A stretch of 64,000 bases of DNA from Phormidesmis sp. Its GTDB lineage: Bacteria > Cyanobacteriota > Cyanobacteriia > Leptolyngbyales > Leptolyngbyaceae. Below, piece by piece: positions 30,363 through 40,136 of the stretch (its first letter is position 1; the number at the start of each line of letters is the position of its first letter). The notes under the pieces are model-generated. The model did not search any database. It was not told the DNA's origin and saw only the letters and a list, made by a program, of their open reading frames with translations. The stretch spans positions 64,001 through 128,000 of the forward strand of contig CBDFJR010000002.1 in NCBI GenBank assembly GCA_965248535.1, given 5' to 3'. Made by a program: the position numbers and the translations under genes.

Positions 30363-31946
30363 GTGCAAAACTTTCACGATCAATCGACATCGGTGATCAG
30401 CGAAATTGAGATTCTACAGCAAGAAAATCAACGCTTGTCTGAGCAAGTTAAGCGGCTCGTCAAAACTGAGAGCAAGCTTTACGCATTTCAAGAGCAAGTA
30501 GATGGTCAGCTTCGAGTCTATCGTCAGCTTAACGAAGCGGGCAAAAAATTTAACAGCACGTTTGACTTAGACGAAATTCTGCAACAGATAACGCAGTTTG
30601 TCATCTATGAATTAAACCTTGAGCGATGCTTGATATTGATGCCGTCAAATCAGAGGTTTGAGGTCAAAATTTTTGACGGTTATCACGACGAAACCTCAAT
30701 CAGAGACTTGAAAACTGTTAACCGATCGCTGACAGACTCTGCTTTTCAACCTCTATCTAACGGGGCGGAATTTATCATTTGTCACGAGAACTGCTCTCAG
30801 CCTGCGCTTTTGAGCCTATGCACTGAGTTTAAAATGGATGAGTATGTGATCTTCTCTTTAGGGGAAAACGGGCTACTCATCGCTGGCAACACAGCCGACA
30901 GTTTTCCCTATCAAAATCGCATTCAAAGGAACAGCGAGTCAATGTTAGGACTGGCAAACTTAGTCAGCCATGCAACCACTGCTATTAAAAATGTCAGTTT
31001 CTATCAAGTATTGCAGCAAGAACAGCAGCTTTTAGAAGAAAAAGTCGATCTGAGAACACAAGAGATCAATAATAAAAATGCTTTTTTAGAAAAAACATTA
31101 TGTGAGTTAAAAGAAACTCAGTCGCAGCTTGTCCAAAGTGAGAAAATGTCGTCTTTAGGACAGTTAGTTGCCGGAATTGCTCATGAAATTAACAATCCGG
31201 TTAACTTTATTTACGGCAATGTGATTCACGCAAACGAATATCTTAAAGATTTTTTGAAGCTTTTAGCCGTTTATCAACAGTGCTGCTCAGATAGCTGCCC
31301 CGAAGTCAAAGAAACGCTAGAAGATATTGATTTTGATTTCTTAATAGAAGATTTTCCTAGACTGCTGGACTCAATGCAAATTGGCACTAATCGCATTCAA
31401 GAGATCGTGCTATCACTCAAAAACTTTTCACGAATGGATGACTCTGAAATGCAGGCTGTTGATATTCATGATGGCATTGAGAGTACGCTAGTAATATTGC
31501 AGCATCGATTAAAAGCAAAACCCGATCATCCTGAGATTGAGATCACCAAAGACTATGGTCAATTGCCCTTGATAGAATGCTATTCTGGACAACTCAATCA
31601 GGTCTTTATTAATCTGATAGCCAATGCGATCGATGCTCTAGAAGAACGCGACGCTCAACGCCTGCCCAGCGATCGCTTTAGTCACCCCAGTGTTCTTCAC
31701 ATTCAGACTGAGATACTACCCTCTGATCTGGTCAGAATCAGCATCACAGATAACGGCACGGGCATTCCTGCTGAGGTGCAAAAACGGTTGTTTGACCCAT
31801 TTTTTACAACTAAACCAGTCGGCAAAGGCACGGGTTTAGGGCTTTCAATCAGCTATAAGATTATTGTTGAAAAACATGGTGGTGAGTTACGCTGCATCTC
31901 TTCTCTAGGGCAGGGAACCAAATTTGTGATTGAAATTCCTGCTTAA
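30363..31946 (+). CDS. Cytoplasmic sensor histidine kinase with GAF-like region
   Basis: EKMSSLGQLVAGIAHEINNP, NLIANAIDA, DNGTG, DPFFTTK, GTGLGL; likely GTG start at 30363 after AAGGAG. Confidence 0.92.
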   Translation: MQNFHDQSTSVISEIEILQQENQRLSEQVKRLVKTESKLYAFQEQVDGQLRVYRQLNEAGKKFNSTFDLDEILQQITQFVIYELNLERCLILMPSNQRFEVKIFDGYHDETSIRDLKTVNRSLTDSAFQPLSNGAEFIICHENCSQPALLSLCTEFKMDEYVIFSLGENGLLIAGNTADSFPYQNRIQRNSESMLGLANLVSHATTAIKNVSFYQVLQQEQQLLEEKVDLRTQEINNKNAFLEKTLCELKETQSQLVQSEKMSSLGQLVAGIAHEINNPVNFIYGNVIHANEYLKDFLKLLAVYQQCCSDSCPEVKETLEDIDFDFLIEDFPRLLDSMQIGTNRIQEIVLSLKNFSRMDDSEMQAVDIHDGIESTLVILQHRLKAKPDHPEIEITKDYGQLPLIECYSGQLNQVFINLIANAIDALEERDAQRLPSDRFSHPSVLHIQTEILPSDLVRISITDNGTGIPAEVQKRLFDPFFTTKPVGKGTGLGLSISYKIIVEKHGGELRCISSLGQGTKFVIEIPA

Positions 31947-31982
31947 ACGGCTGTTGTTTTTCATCACTAAACCAGAGTTGCG

Positions 31983-32909
31983 TTAGTTTGAGCGGTTTGG
32001 CACTAACTGAAGCAGTTTTCCTGAGCTACTGCCCGTCTTCTTAAACACATATCGCTTGCCGATCGTGAGATTGGTAGACGTGTTTGGATCGCAATCTGCA
32101 CAAGTGTTGTTAAAGCGCACCTTTAGCCCATAAGACGATGACGGATAACGTCTCGCCTCACCCGGATCGAGCACCTCGGTGTCTCCATCAATCTCAAACA
32201 CAATCACGCTCCTGGTGTGGTTAGAGATGCGGGTATAGGTTTCGCTGTCGTCGGGTTCCAGAAACGATTTCAGCACTTTGCCATCGCTGCACTTAAACTG
32301 CCGTGACACTCGCACATCGCCGCATTCGTCAAGCGAGACACTGGAGTTTTTGCAGACTTTCTTGGTCTCCCACTCGGCATCGCGGTGCACTCGCTGAAAG
32401 CTTTTGGCAATTTGAGCGCTAAATTTGCCCGAATCAATCACGCGATCGCGCTCTTTGATTTCATACTCAAACTCATTGGCTCCCTCTATTAGGTTGAAAT
32501 ATTTGCCGTCGTGGGTGGTTCCCAAAGTGGTGCGCGCGGTTTCTGAGCTAGAGCGACGCTCGTCATATTCACGGTTTGTAAACGGGTAAGGATTGGCGCT
32601 GATGCCTTTGGTGATGTTGTGAATAATCACCCGGCGATAAGGGGCAGGTGGCGTTTTGTCAGAAATAAAACTTGCCGCAAGCTCAGAAGTCTGGACTCCT
32701 GCACAATCACCAAAATATTCGATCACCGAAAACTCGGCTTGATTAAGCTGCGATCGGGCCCCAAATCTTAGCCCCACTGATTCAGCGCTAAAGGCGGCAG
32801 GCATGGCCCCGATCGCTAGAGTCGGCTGAGATGCCATCATTGCAGGCAGATTGATCAGGGCGACGGCTGCGCCAAGGCCGACGATCGCCAAACTCCAGGC
32901 TCGGTTCAT
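31983..32909 (-). CDS. Secreted hypothetical protein with several Cys
   Basis: N-terminal hydrophobic signal; 308-aa ORF with GGAG RBS. Confidence 0.65.
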   Translation of the reverse strand: MNRAWSLAIVGLGAAVALINLPAMMASQPTLAIGAMPAAFSAESVGLRFGARSQLNQAEFSVIEYFGDCAGVQTSELAASFISDKTPPAPYRRVIIHNITKGISANPYPFTNREYDERRSSSETARTTLGTTHDGKYFNLIEGANEFEYEIKERDRVIDSGKFSAQIAKSFQRVHRDAEWETKKVCKNSSVSLDECGDVRVSRQFKCSDGKVLKSFLEPDDSETYTRISNHTRSVIVFEIDGDTEVLDPGEARRYPSSSYGLKVRFNNTCADCDPNTSTNLTIGKRYVFKKTGSSSGKLLQLVPNRSN

Positions 32910-32999
32910 GGTGTTCTCCAGATGATTATCTTAAGCTGAGAGGGGGTTTAGAATTCTCTACAGTCAATTAATAGACCTTAAATTGAGGTACGGAGTTCC

Positions 33000-33740
33000 G
33001 TGAAAACTTGGCGACTTATTCCGCTCATTCAGGCATCGGGTCAACTGCACATGGCGATCGACCAATGGCTGTTAAACCAACACGCTGAGGGCAATCATCC
33101 GCCTGCGCTGCGGTTTTACACCTGGTCGCCTGTGGCTCTCTCATTGGGCTATCATCAGCATCGCTACCCCGACGAGTGGAAGCAGTTAACTTGGCACGGT
33201 AAACCGATCGAGCTAGTGCGCCGACCGACCGGAGGACGGGCTGTTTTGCATCAAGGCGATTTGACCTATGCCGTAATCACATCCGGGTTGTCAGGCAATC
33301 GAATGCAGGCTTATCAAGCCATCTGTGAATTTTTAATTGAGGGCTGGCGATCGCTCAATGTCGATTTGCATTACGGGCAAGCGGGCGGTAGTTATATTCA
33401 CAATCCCAACTGCTTTGGGACGGCTACGATCGCGGACTTGGTAACATCTGATGGCGCAAAGCTAATCGGCAGTGCTCAATTACGAAAGGGAAACGCGATT
33501 TTGCAACACGGATCAATGCGATTGGAACCCGATCGAGAACTGTTTGCTCAAATCTTTGGTAACGAATCTATGAATCCGTCCAACTTACTACCGGGAATGC
33601 AAGGAGAAGCATTTGTTCAAACTCTAGTGGAGACGTTAATTCAATCAGCTAGTCACTGTTTTGATATTCATTTAGAATTGCAACCCCTAACAGAAATGGA
33701 ATGGCACCAAATTTGGACTATGAATGTTCCAATATGTTAG
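33000..33740 (+). CDS. Lipoate-protein ligase family (LipM-like octanoyltransferase)
   Basis: MAID, LRFYTW, RRPTGGRAVLH, NPNCF, KLIGSAQ, LQHGS. Confidence 0.88.
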   Translation: MKTWRLIPLIQASGQLHMAIDQWLLNQHAEGNHPPALRFYTWSPVALSLGYHQHRYPDEWKQLTWHGKPIELVRRPTGGRAVLHQGDLTYAVITSGLSGNRMQAYQAICEFLIEGWRSLNVDLHYGQAGGSYIHNPNCFGTATIADLVTSDGAKLIGSAQLRKGNAILQHGSMRLEPDRELFAQIFGNESMNPSNLLPGMQGEAFVQTLVETLIQSASHCFDIHLELQPLTEMEWHQIWTMNVPIC

Positions 33741-33770
33741 AGTATCGGTAATTGAGACTTGAATCTACAA

Positions 33771-33968
33771 ATGAGTCAAATCACTATCACTTTTCAAGAT
33801 GAGCATTTGCAAAAGCTGCAAGCCACCGCCGATCGTTTGGGCGTTTCACTAGAGACCTTGCTTCTCATGAGTGTAGACTCACTAGTCAACCAACAAGAGC
33901 AGACTCTTCAAACTGCTATAGACTATGTGCTCAAGAAAAACGTTGAGCTTTACCAACGCCTAGCCTAA
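33771..33968 (+). CDS. Putative antitoxin (ribbon-helix-helix-like)
   Basis: 65-aa ORF overlapping the doc start (TAATG); ends YVLKKNVELYQRLA. Confidence 0.75.
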   Translation: MSQITITFQDEHLQKLQATADRLGVSLETLLLMSVDSLVNQQEQTLQTAIDYVLKKNVELYQRLA

Positions 33969-34357
33969 TGCGCTATTTGACCCTAGCTGAAGTTTTAGAA
34001 ATTTATCGGCGCATTGTTGAGCAGTCAGGAGGGGCAGCAGGAGTCTCTAACTTAGCTGGGTTGGAATCTGCCTTAACTCAACCTCGCATGAGGTTCGGTG
34101 GAGAAGAGCTATACCCAACCATCATTGAAAAGGCATCTGCTTTAGGGTTTTCATTGATCAAAAACCACCCGTTTATCGATGGCAATAAGCGGATTGGTCA
34201 TGCTGTAATGGAAATCTTTTTAGTGTTAAATGGCTTTGAAATTAGTGCTTCAGTCGATGAACAAGAGCAAGTCACCTTACAAGTCGCCTCTGGCGAATTA
34301 GGACGAGATGGTTTTGTAAATTGGTTAAAAGAGAACACAATTTCTACAGATTCTTAA
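33968..34357 (+). CDS. doc: Death-on-curing (Doc/Fic) toxin
   Basis: LESAL..P, HPFIDGNKR motif. Confidence 0.9.
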   Translation: MRYLTLAEVLEIYRRIVEQSGGAAGVSNLAGLESALTQPRMRFGGEELYPTIIEKASALGFSLIKNHPFIDGNKRIGHAVMEIFLVLNGFEISASVDEQEQVTLQVASGELGRDGFVNWLKENTISTDS

Positions 34358-34391
34358 CATCTATTTCGCCTGAAATTGGAGAAGATCAAGA

Positions 34392-34964
34392 ATGGAGATT
34401 AGAGAGTTTTTTGATCGATATAAAAATGGACAGAGAGACTTCCAAGGAGCTAATTTACCAGGGATTGAGCTATGTGAAATCATTTTGGAAGATGGAGTAG
34501 ATTTGAGTGAAGCAAACTTAGTGGGGATAACTATCTACAAAGCTAATCTGGCTGGAATTAAGCTAGTTGGAGCAAACTTGCAAGGGGCTGACCTACGTGA
34601 AGCCAATTTAACAGCAGCAAACCTGCAAGGGGCTGATTTGAGTGACGCATTTTTGCTTGATGTTGGCTTAAGCTACTCGAATTTGAGCAAAGCAAACCTG
34701 AGTAGAACTGTATTTGCGGAAACGTCTCTGTTTGCTGCAAATTTGAGTAACGCAAACCTAACTGAAGCCGAACTCGGTGAATGCGACTGTCGAGAAAGCA
34801 ACCTAAGTGGAACAGATTTGTCCAATGCGTTTCTTGGCAACTCAGATTTCTCAAATGCAAATCTAATGGGAGCGATCTTGGATCTCACTGAAATAGACGA
34901 GGAAGTGAACTTTTCCGGGTCAATTATGCCTGACGGAACGATTTATACGGCTCTTCTGGGTTGA
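34392..34964 (+). CDS. Pentapeptide repeat protein
   Basis: YKNGQRDF, A(N/D)Lxx repeats, MPDG near C-terminus. Confidence 0.9.
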   Translation: MEIREFFDRYKNGQRDFQGANLPGIELCEIILEDGVDLSEANLVGITIYKANLAGIKLVGANLQGADLREANLTAANLQGADLSDAFLLDVGLSYSNLSKANLSRTVFAETSLFAANLSNANLTEAELGECDCRESNLSGTDLSNAFLGNSDFSNANLMGAILDLTEIDEEVNFSGSIMPDGTIYTALLG

Positions 34965-35831
34965 TGGTGATAAGTGAGACTAATCAGAGAAGCAAGCGAG
35001 TAGCCTTGCTCGAAAATTATCGAAGTTAGTAAACCCATAAGCTTGACGCTTAATCAATTTAATCCGGTTGTTCATCCCCTCGACTACGCCACTGGTCGTC
35101 CGACTCAAAAAGTAATTACAGATGCCATCAAGATGAGTGCAAATAGTCATCAAGACCTCACAGTAGACAGAACGAGCTTTCTTGAGCCATTCCAGAAGTT
35201 GCTCTTTACCCGCCTCAACCGTGTGGCAAGATTCAAAAATACTTCTAAATTCTTCTTTCAATTCATAGGCAAGTTTTAAGCGGTCTGATTGGTTCAAGAT
35301 CACAGCTAATTTAATCTGTTCTTCTGAGGTTAAATCGACCCCGTTCTTGAGCAAAATAAAATAAACTTACTGCCTTTCAGCGTCATGTCAACTTGTTTTC
35401 GCACTTTGTTCAACGCTTGATTGACTGGCTTCATGACATGAAATCGTGGTAAATATAGTCTTCATAGCGTTGGGTATAACGCCACTCCCAATCGACAAAC
35501 GTCAGATGTTCCGTAAAATAGCGCTGACAAGGATGACAGTAGAACTGACGACGAGGCACTTGGAGTTGGACAGGTTGACCAAAAACAGACAAGTTCCGGA
35601 CTAAAACAGGGCGATTTTGGTGTAGATTCTCACTCGACTATTGGCAATAGAGACAGTCGCCTTTTTCCAACAAAAAGCGTAATTTCATGACGACTTGCTG
35701 CTCTTAGTGAAGACAGCTTTCGACCGTCGTGTCAGGTAAATTGAGGAAGGTGTCTAGATGAAAGTCCATGAACCGATGGCATAGGAAAACGTACCTCTCT
35801 ATACCATCTTCACCAAGACCTCAGAAGAGCC
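34949..35831 (-). mobile_element. Decayed, internally deleted ISL3-family element
   Basis: IRs GGCTCTTCTGGGTTGATGGTGA (34949) and GGCTCTTCTGAGGTCTTGGTGA (reverse, 35831); tnp from ATG 35769 with two in-frame stops, VPRRQFYC..C, RFHVMK, EGMNNRIKLIKRQAYGF. Confidence 0.9.
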
Positions 35832-35923
35832 ATATCCGTCTTAGACCTATAGTTAAACTAGAACGGTGCGTAAAACTCTTTGTACAGTTCAAGTTGGTGT
35901 ATCTCAGTTACTAAATATCAATT

Positions 35924-36709
35924 ATGTACATCAGCCTAATTGCAGATTATGGAACGGGTGATCCTGCCTTTTCAGAAGTGACTCAACGCCTCTTGATGGG
36001 ACTTCCGCAAGCACAAATTAATTTGCTCTCAGTTCCCCCGTTTAGCACGTTGGCGACAGGGTTTTGGATCGCCCAACTGGGTCTGAATCCTGGCCCGGCA
36101 GAGCGATTGATCTATCACAACTGTGCCCCGCGCCAAGATGATCCCGAAGCTCGACAAAACAATGAAGGCGAGGGATTGACTTACGCGCTCTTGAACAATG
36201 GGGTGAAAGTGGTGGGCGTAAATGCAGGGTTTGCTCTCTCGTTTATCAAGCATCACGCTCAGGTTTTGCAAGTTGTGAATGTCTCACGAGGCGGGTCACA
36301 GTTTCGATCGCGCGATGTTTTCCCCCCGGCGGCAGCGGCGATCGCTGACGGCGATCTCAGCTTGCTAGGCGAAACTCTCAACCCCAATCAAATTCCCGAT
36401 GTGCCCGGCGATCGGGTGGCCTGGGTCGATGGCTATGGCAACATCAAAACTACGATCCCGGCGCACACGCTGACCTTAGAGCCAGAAGCCAAAGTCGTGA
36501 TTAAGATTGGTGATGTGGTCAGCGATGCGATTTACTCAGACGGCAGTTTTCGGGTGCCTGAAGGCACATTGGCGTTTGCACCGGGCAGTTCTGGCTGGTC
36601 GATTGCGGGCGGCCAGATTCGGTGGATGGAGTTATTTTTGCGCGGGGGCAGCGCGTGGGAGCGATTTGGTAAGCCGCGGGTGAATCAGAAAGTAGCCCAG
36701 ATTGATTAA
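35924..36709 (+). CDS. SAM hydroxide adenosyltransferase / chlorinase-fluorinase family protein (divergent)
   Basis: IADYGTGD, VPPFS, FRSRDVFPPAAA, VDGYGNIKT, GSSG...ELFLRGGSA. Confidence 0.8.
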   Translation: MYISLIADYGTGDPAFSEVTQRLLMGLPQAQINLLSVPPFSTLATGFWIAQLGLNPGPAERLIYHNCAPRQDDPEARQNNEGEGLTYALLNNGVKVVGVNAGFALSFIKHHAQVLQVVNVSRGGSQFRSRDVFPPAAAAIADGDLSLLGETLNPNQIPDVPGDRVAWVDGYGNIKTTIPAHTLTLEPEAKVVIKIGDVVSDAIYSDGSFRVPEGTLAFAPGSSGWSIAGGQIRWMELFLRGGSAWERFGKPRVNQKVAQID

Positions 36710-36741
36710 TTCAACCGATCTATAAACGCTAAGAGCAATGA

Positions 36742-38421
36742 GTGGTCGTGAGGGATCAGAACGCTGTGAAGAAACTTCTAAAACAAGTCCGAAATCAATT
36801 TAAACACGCTTGGCAACCTGGATTTTTAGCCGCGCTGGTGACGATCGCTCTGATCGTATCCAATTGCAGCAGTCCGGCTAACCCAGGGGGAACGGCGCAA
36901 TCGGGCGTTTTGATCTACGGCTCCGGTGGGCAACCTGTCAATTTAGAATCAGGCAACATCACCGACGGCAACTCGATTATTGTTCACAATCAGATCTACA
37001 ATCGCCTGATCGAGTTCAAGCCCAGCACGACAGACCTACAGCCTGGTTTGGCGACTGCATGGACGGCTTCACCGGATGGCAAAACCTGGACATTCAAACT
37101 TCGTCAGGGCGTTAAGTTTCACGATGGGACGGAGTTTAATGCGGAAGCGGTTAAATTTAATGTCGATCGCTGGTGGGATAAAACCAATTCCTTTAGCTAT
37201 CGCAATGCGGGCAAGACCTACGAGATTTGGGAACAGATTTTTGGTGGCTTTAAAGGCGAACCCAATTCGCTGCTTCAAAGTTTGATTGTGACGGATAAAT
37301 TGACGATTGCGTTTGGGTTAAAGCAACCGTTTGCGGCTTTTCCTAGCACGATCGCATCAGGTTATTTTGGCATCGCTAGCCCGACTGCGATTCAGAAGGC
37401 TGGTGCGAGTTATGGTACGCCTGCAGCTGGTGCTGTGGGCACGGGAGCCTTTGTGTTTAAAGAATGGCGATCGGGCGATCGCATCGTGCTCGAAAAAAAT
37501 CCCAATTATTGGAACGCCGGATTTCCTAAAAGCAATCAACTCGTGATGCGGTTCATCACCGATCCGGCTGCACGGCTGGCACAGCTTCGCGCCGGACAGA
37601 TCGATTTCACCGTTGATCTGGCTCCTGACCAAAAAGCAGAAATCGATCGCGACCCCAATCTGACGGCCGTTGCTCGACCTTCTTTTAATGTAGGCTATCT
37701 GGCCCTAAACCCGACCTATAAACCGTTGTCGGATGTGCGAGTCAGGCAAGCGATCGCCCATGCGATCAATCGACCTGCGATCGTCAAAGCGTTTTGGGGC
37801 GACCTAGCAGAAAGCACGCCTCATTTTGTGCCGTCTACCCTAGCGTGGGCGCAGTCTTCAGGCTTGCAAGACTATGACTACAATCTTCAAAAAGCTAAAG
37901 AACTGCTGGCTCAAGCAGGCTACCCCAATGGCTTTGAGATGGATTTGTGGTACATGCCCGTCTCTCGTCCCTATTTTCCGACTCCGAAGCCGATCGCCGA
38001 GGCCTTCGCCGCCGATCTCAACGCAGTAGGCATTCGCGTCTCTCTTAAAACAAAAGACTGGACTGCTTATATTGCCGATCGCATCAAGCCCCCTGGCTAT
38101 CAGTCCTTTATGATGGGCTGGACGGGTGACTATGGCGACCCAGATACCTTCTACTATCCGCACTTTGGGTCGGGCAGCACCAAAGATATCGGCAACTGGA
38201 AGAACGATCGGGTTCTGCAATGGCTCGATCAAGCCAGACTAACCGCCGATCAATCGGCGCGCTCAAAACTCTATGCCGAAGTCGATCAGATTTTACATCG
38301 AGAAGTCGTGAGATTGCCGATCGTCCATTCCAAACCCCTGCTGGTTTCTCGCAAAGCGATCGATGGTTGGCTGCCCAGCCCTCTGGGGACAGAACCCTTT
38401 GAAGCTATCTCTAAGAAGTAA
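36742..38421 (+). CDS. Peptide/nickel ABC substrate-binding lipoprotein (family 5, DppA-like)
   Basis: Lipobox VSNC, PGLATAW, LRQGVKFHDG, GTGAF, MPVSRPY, GWTGDYGDPD; start uncertain. Confidence 0.9.
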   Translation: MVVRDQNAVKKLLKQVRNQFKHAWQPGFLAALVTIALIVSNCSSPANPGGTAQSGVLIYGSGGQPVNLESGNITDGNSIIVHNQIYNRLIEFKPSTTDLQPGLATAWTASPDGKTWTFKLRQGVKFHDGTEFNAEAVKFNVDRWWDKTNSFSYRNAGKTYEIWEQIFGGFKGEPNSLLQSLIVTDKLTIAFGLKQPFAAFPSTIASGYFGIASPTAIQKAGASYGTPAAGAVGTGAFVFKEWRSGDRIVLEKNPNYWNAGFPKSNQLVMRFITDPAARLAQLRAGQIDFTVDLAPDQKAEIDRDPNLTAVARPSFNVGYLALNPTYKPLSDVRVRQAIAHAINRPAIVKAFWGDLAESTPHFVPSTLAWAQSSGLQDYDYNLQKAKELLAQAGYPNGFEMDLWYMPVSRPYFPTPKPIAEAFAADLNAVGIRVSLKTKDWTAYIADRIKPPGYQSFMMGWTGDYGDPDTFYYPHFGSGSTKDIGNWKNDRVLQWLDQARLTADQSARSKLYAEVDQILHREVVRLPIVHSKPLLVSRKAIDGWLPSPLGTEPFEAISKK

Positions 38422-38507
38422 ATAAAAACCCCTGAGAGGATGTCTCTTCTCAAGGGTGGAACGAATACCAATTTCAAAGATGGTTGCGATCGATCGTTCA
38501 ATCCGAC

Positions 38508-38595
38508 GGGGCATGGCGGTGCCGTGCCCCTACATTTTGGGTGGATATGGATTGCGGGCCCCTACTTTTTGGACGGGCATGGCACCGCCATGCCC
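38508..38595. repeat. Inverted pair of REP-like palindromes between convergent genes
   Basis: GGGGCATGGCGGTGCCGTGCCCCTAC (38508-38533) and GGGCATGGCACCGCCATGCCC (38575-38595), with a partial GCCCCTAC between. Confidence 0.75.
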
Positions 38596-38612
38596 TTTGT
38601 GAATATGAGAAA

Positions 38613-39872
38613 CTAGGCTCGTGCCGCAGCAGGTTGAGCTAACGCCTCTTTGAGCACAGCAACTTTATCGATTTGCTCCCAAGGAAGCTCTAGATCGGTG
38701 CGTCCAAAGTGACCATAAGCTGCCACATCTTGATAAAAGCGACCGCCACGCTCTCCGGGTAGGCCTCTCAGGTTAAACGCCTGAATGATGCCTGCCGGAC
38801 GCAACTCAAAGTGCTGATTGACTAACGCTAGAAGCTGGCTGTCGTCCACCTTGCCCGTGCCAAAGGTTTCGAGCATGATGCTCACCGGACGAGCCACCCC
38901 GATCGCGTAGCTTAACTGCACTTCGCACTTATCGGCTAACCCAGCGGCGACAATATTTTTCGCCACATAGCGGCAGGCATAAGCTGCACTGCGATCGACC
39001 TTGGTGGGGTCTTTGCCCGAAAATGCGCCGCCCCCGTGCCGAGAATAACCGCCGTAGGTGTCTACGATGATTTTGCGCCCTGTTAAGCCAGAGTCACCCT
39101 GGGGCCCGCCGATCACAAACTTGCCCGTGGGGTTGACCAAAAAGCGGGTGGTTGCATCGGGTTTGAGATCGATACCTTCAAAGGTTGGCTCGACAACCAA
39201 AGCCCAAAGATCGGCTTTGATTTTAGCTAAAATCGCCGCATCCTCAGTGATGTCTCCGATCGTGGCAGTGTGCTGAGTGGAGATCAAAATCGTGTCGATG
39301 CCCACCGGACGATCGTTCTCATAAAGCACGGTGACTTGAGTCTTGCCATCAGGACGCAGATAAGGCAATTGACCCGTCTTGCGAACGGTTGCCAGCTTGC
39401 GCGAGATGCGGTGAGCCAAACTGATCGGCAATGGCATTAACTCCGGCGTTTCATTGCAGGCAAAGCCAAACATGATCCCCTGGTCGCCTGCCCCGATCGC
39501 GTCGAGCGCTTCTTGACTCGATTCTTCACGAGATTCGTGGGCGGTGTTGACCCCTTGAGCAATATCAGGTGATTGCTCGTCGATCGCAATCAGCACCGCG
39601 CAACTGCTGGCAGAAAAGCCATTTTCAGCGCCCGTATATCCGATTTCGGCGATCTTTTGGCGGGCTAAATCGATGAAGTTGACTTGTGCTTTGGAGGTAA
39701 TCTCACCTGTAATGAGAACCAACCCAGTGTTGACAACCACTTCAGCGGCCACACGGCTTTTAGGATCTTGCGCTAGCAGAGCATCAAGAATTGTGTCAGA
39801 GATCTGATCGCAAATCTTATCGGGATGCCCTTCAGTAACCGATTCTGAGGTAAAAAGATATCGTCGTGACAA
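38613..39872 (-). CDS. metK: S-adenosylmethionine synthetase
   Basis: [28 protein letters not shown]. Confidence 0.98.
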   Translation of the reverse strand: MSRRYLFTSESVTEGHPDKICDQISDTILDALLAQDPKSRVAAEVVVNTGLVLITGEITSKAQVNFIDLARQKIAEIGYTGAENGFSASSCAVLIAIDEQSPDIAQGVNTAHESREESSQEALDAIGAGDQGIMFGFACNETPELMPLPISLAHRISRKLATVRKTGQLPYLRPDGKTQVTVLYENDRPVGIDTILISTQHTATIGDITEDAAILAKIKADLWALVVEPTFEGIDLKPDATTRFLVNPTGKFVIGGPQGDSGLTGRKIIVDTYGGYSRHGGGAFSGKDPTKVDRSAAYACRYVAKNIVAAGLADKCEVQLSYAIGVARPVSIMLETFGTGKVDDSQLLALVNQHFELRPAGIIQAFNLRGLPGERGGRFYQDVAAYGHFGRTDLELPWEQIDKVAVLKEALAQPAAARA

Positions 39873-40136
39873 GGAGTTCTCCTCTTGACTAGATAAGGGT
39901 TAGAGACAGTCTATGTTGGGGGATTATATCACCCGGCTTCGGCCAGCTATTGGGCGATCGGGCATCCCTAAGCACTATTGGCTTCGAGACTCAAGCTCAG
40001 GCGAGCCTGACAGAAGTTTTGAGATCTGTGGTGGCATCCTAGCAATTACACGGAGAAAAGCGCTCTTCTCAATTGTCAAGCTTCATTAACTCTTTGAGGT
40101 CGATTTCTGGCAGACGTTCAGAGAAAGTTCACAAAG

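Noticed and set aside
39873..40136. SAM riboswitch upstream of metK
   Set aside because: No SAM-I core motifs recognisable on the minus strand
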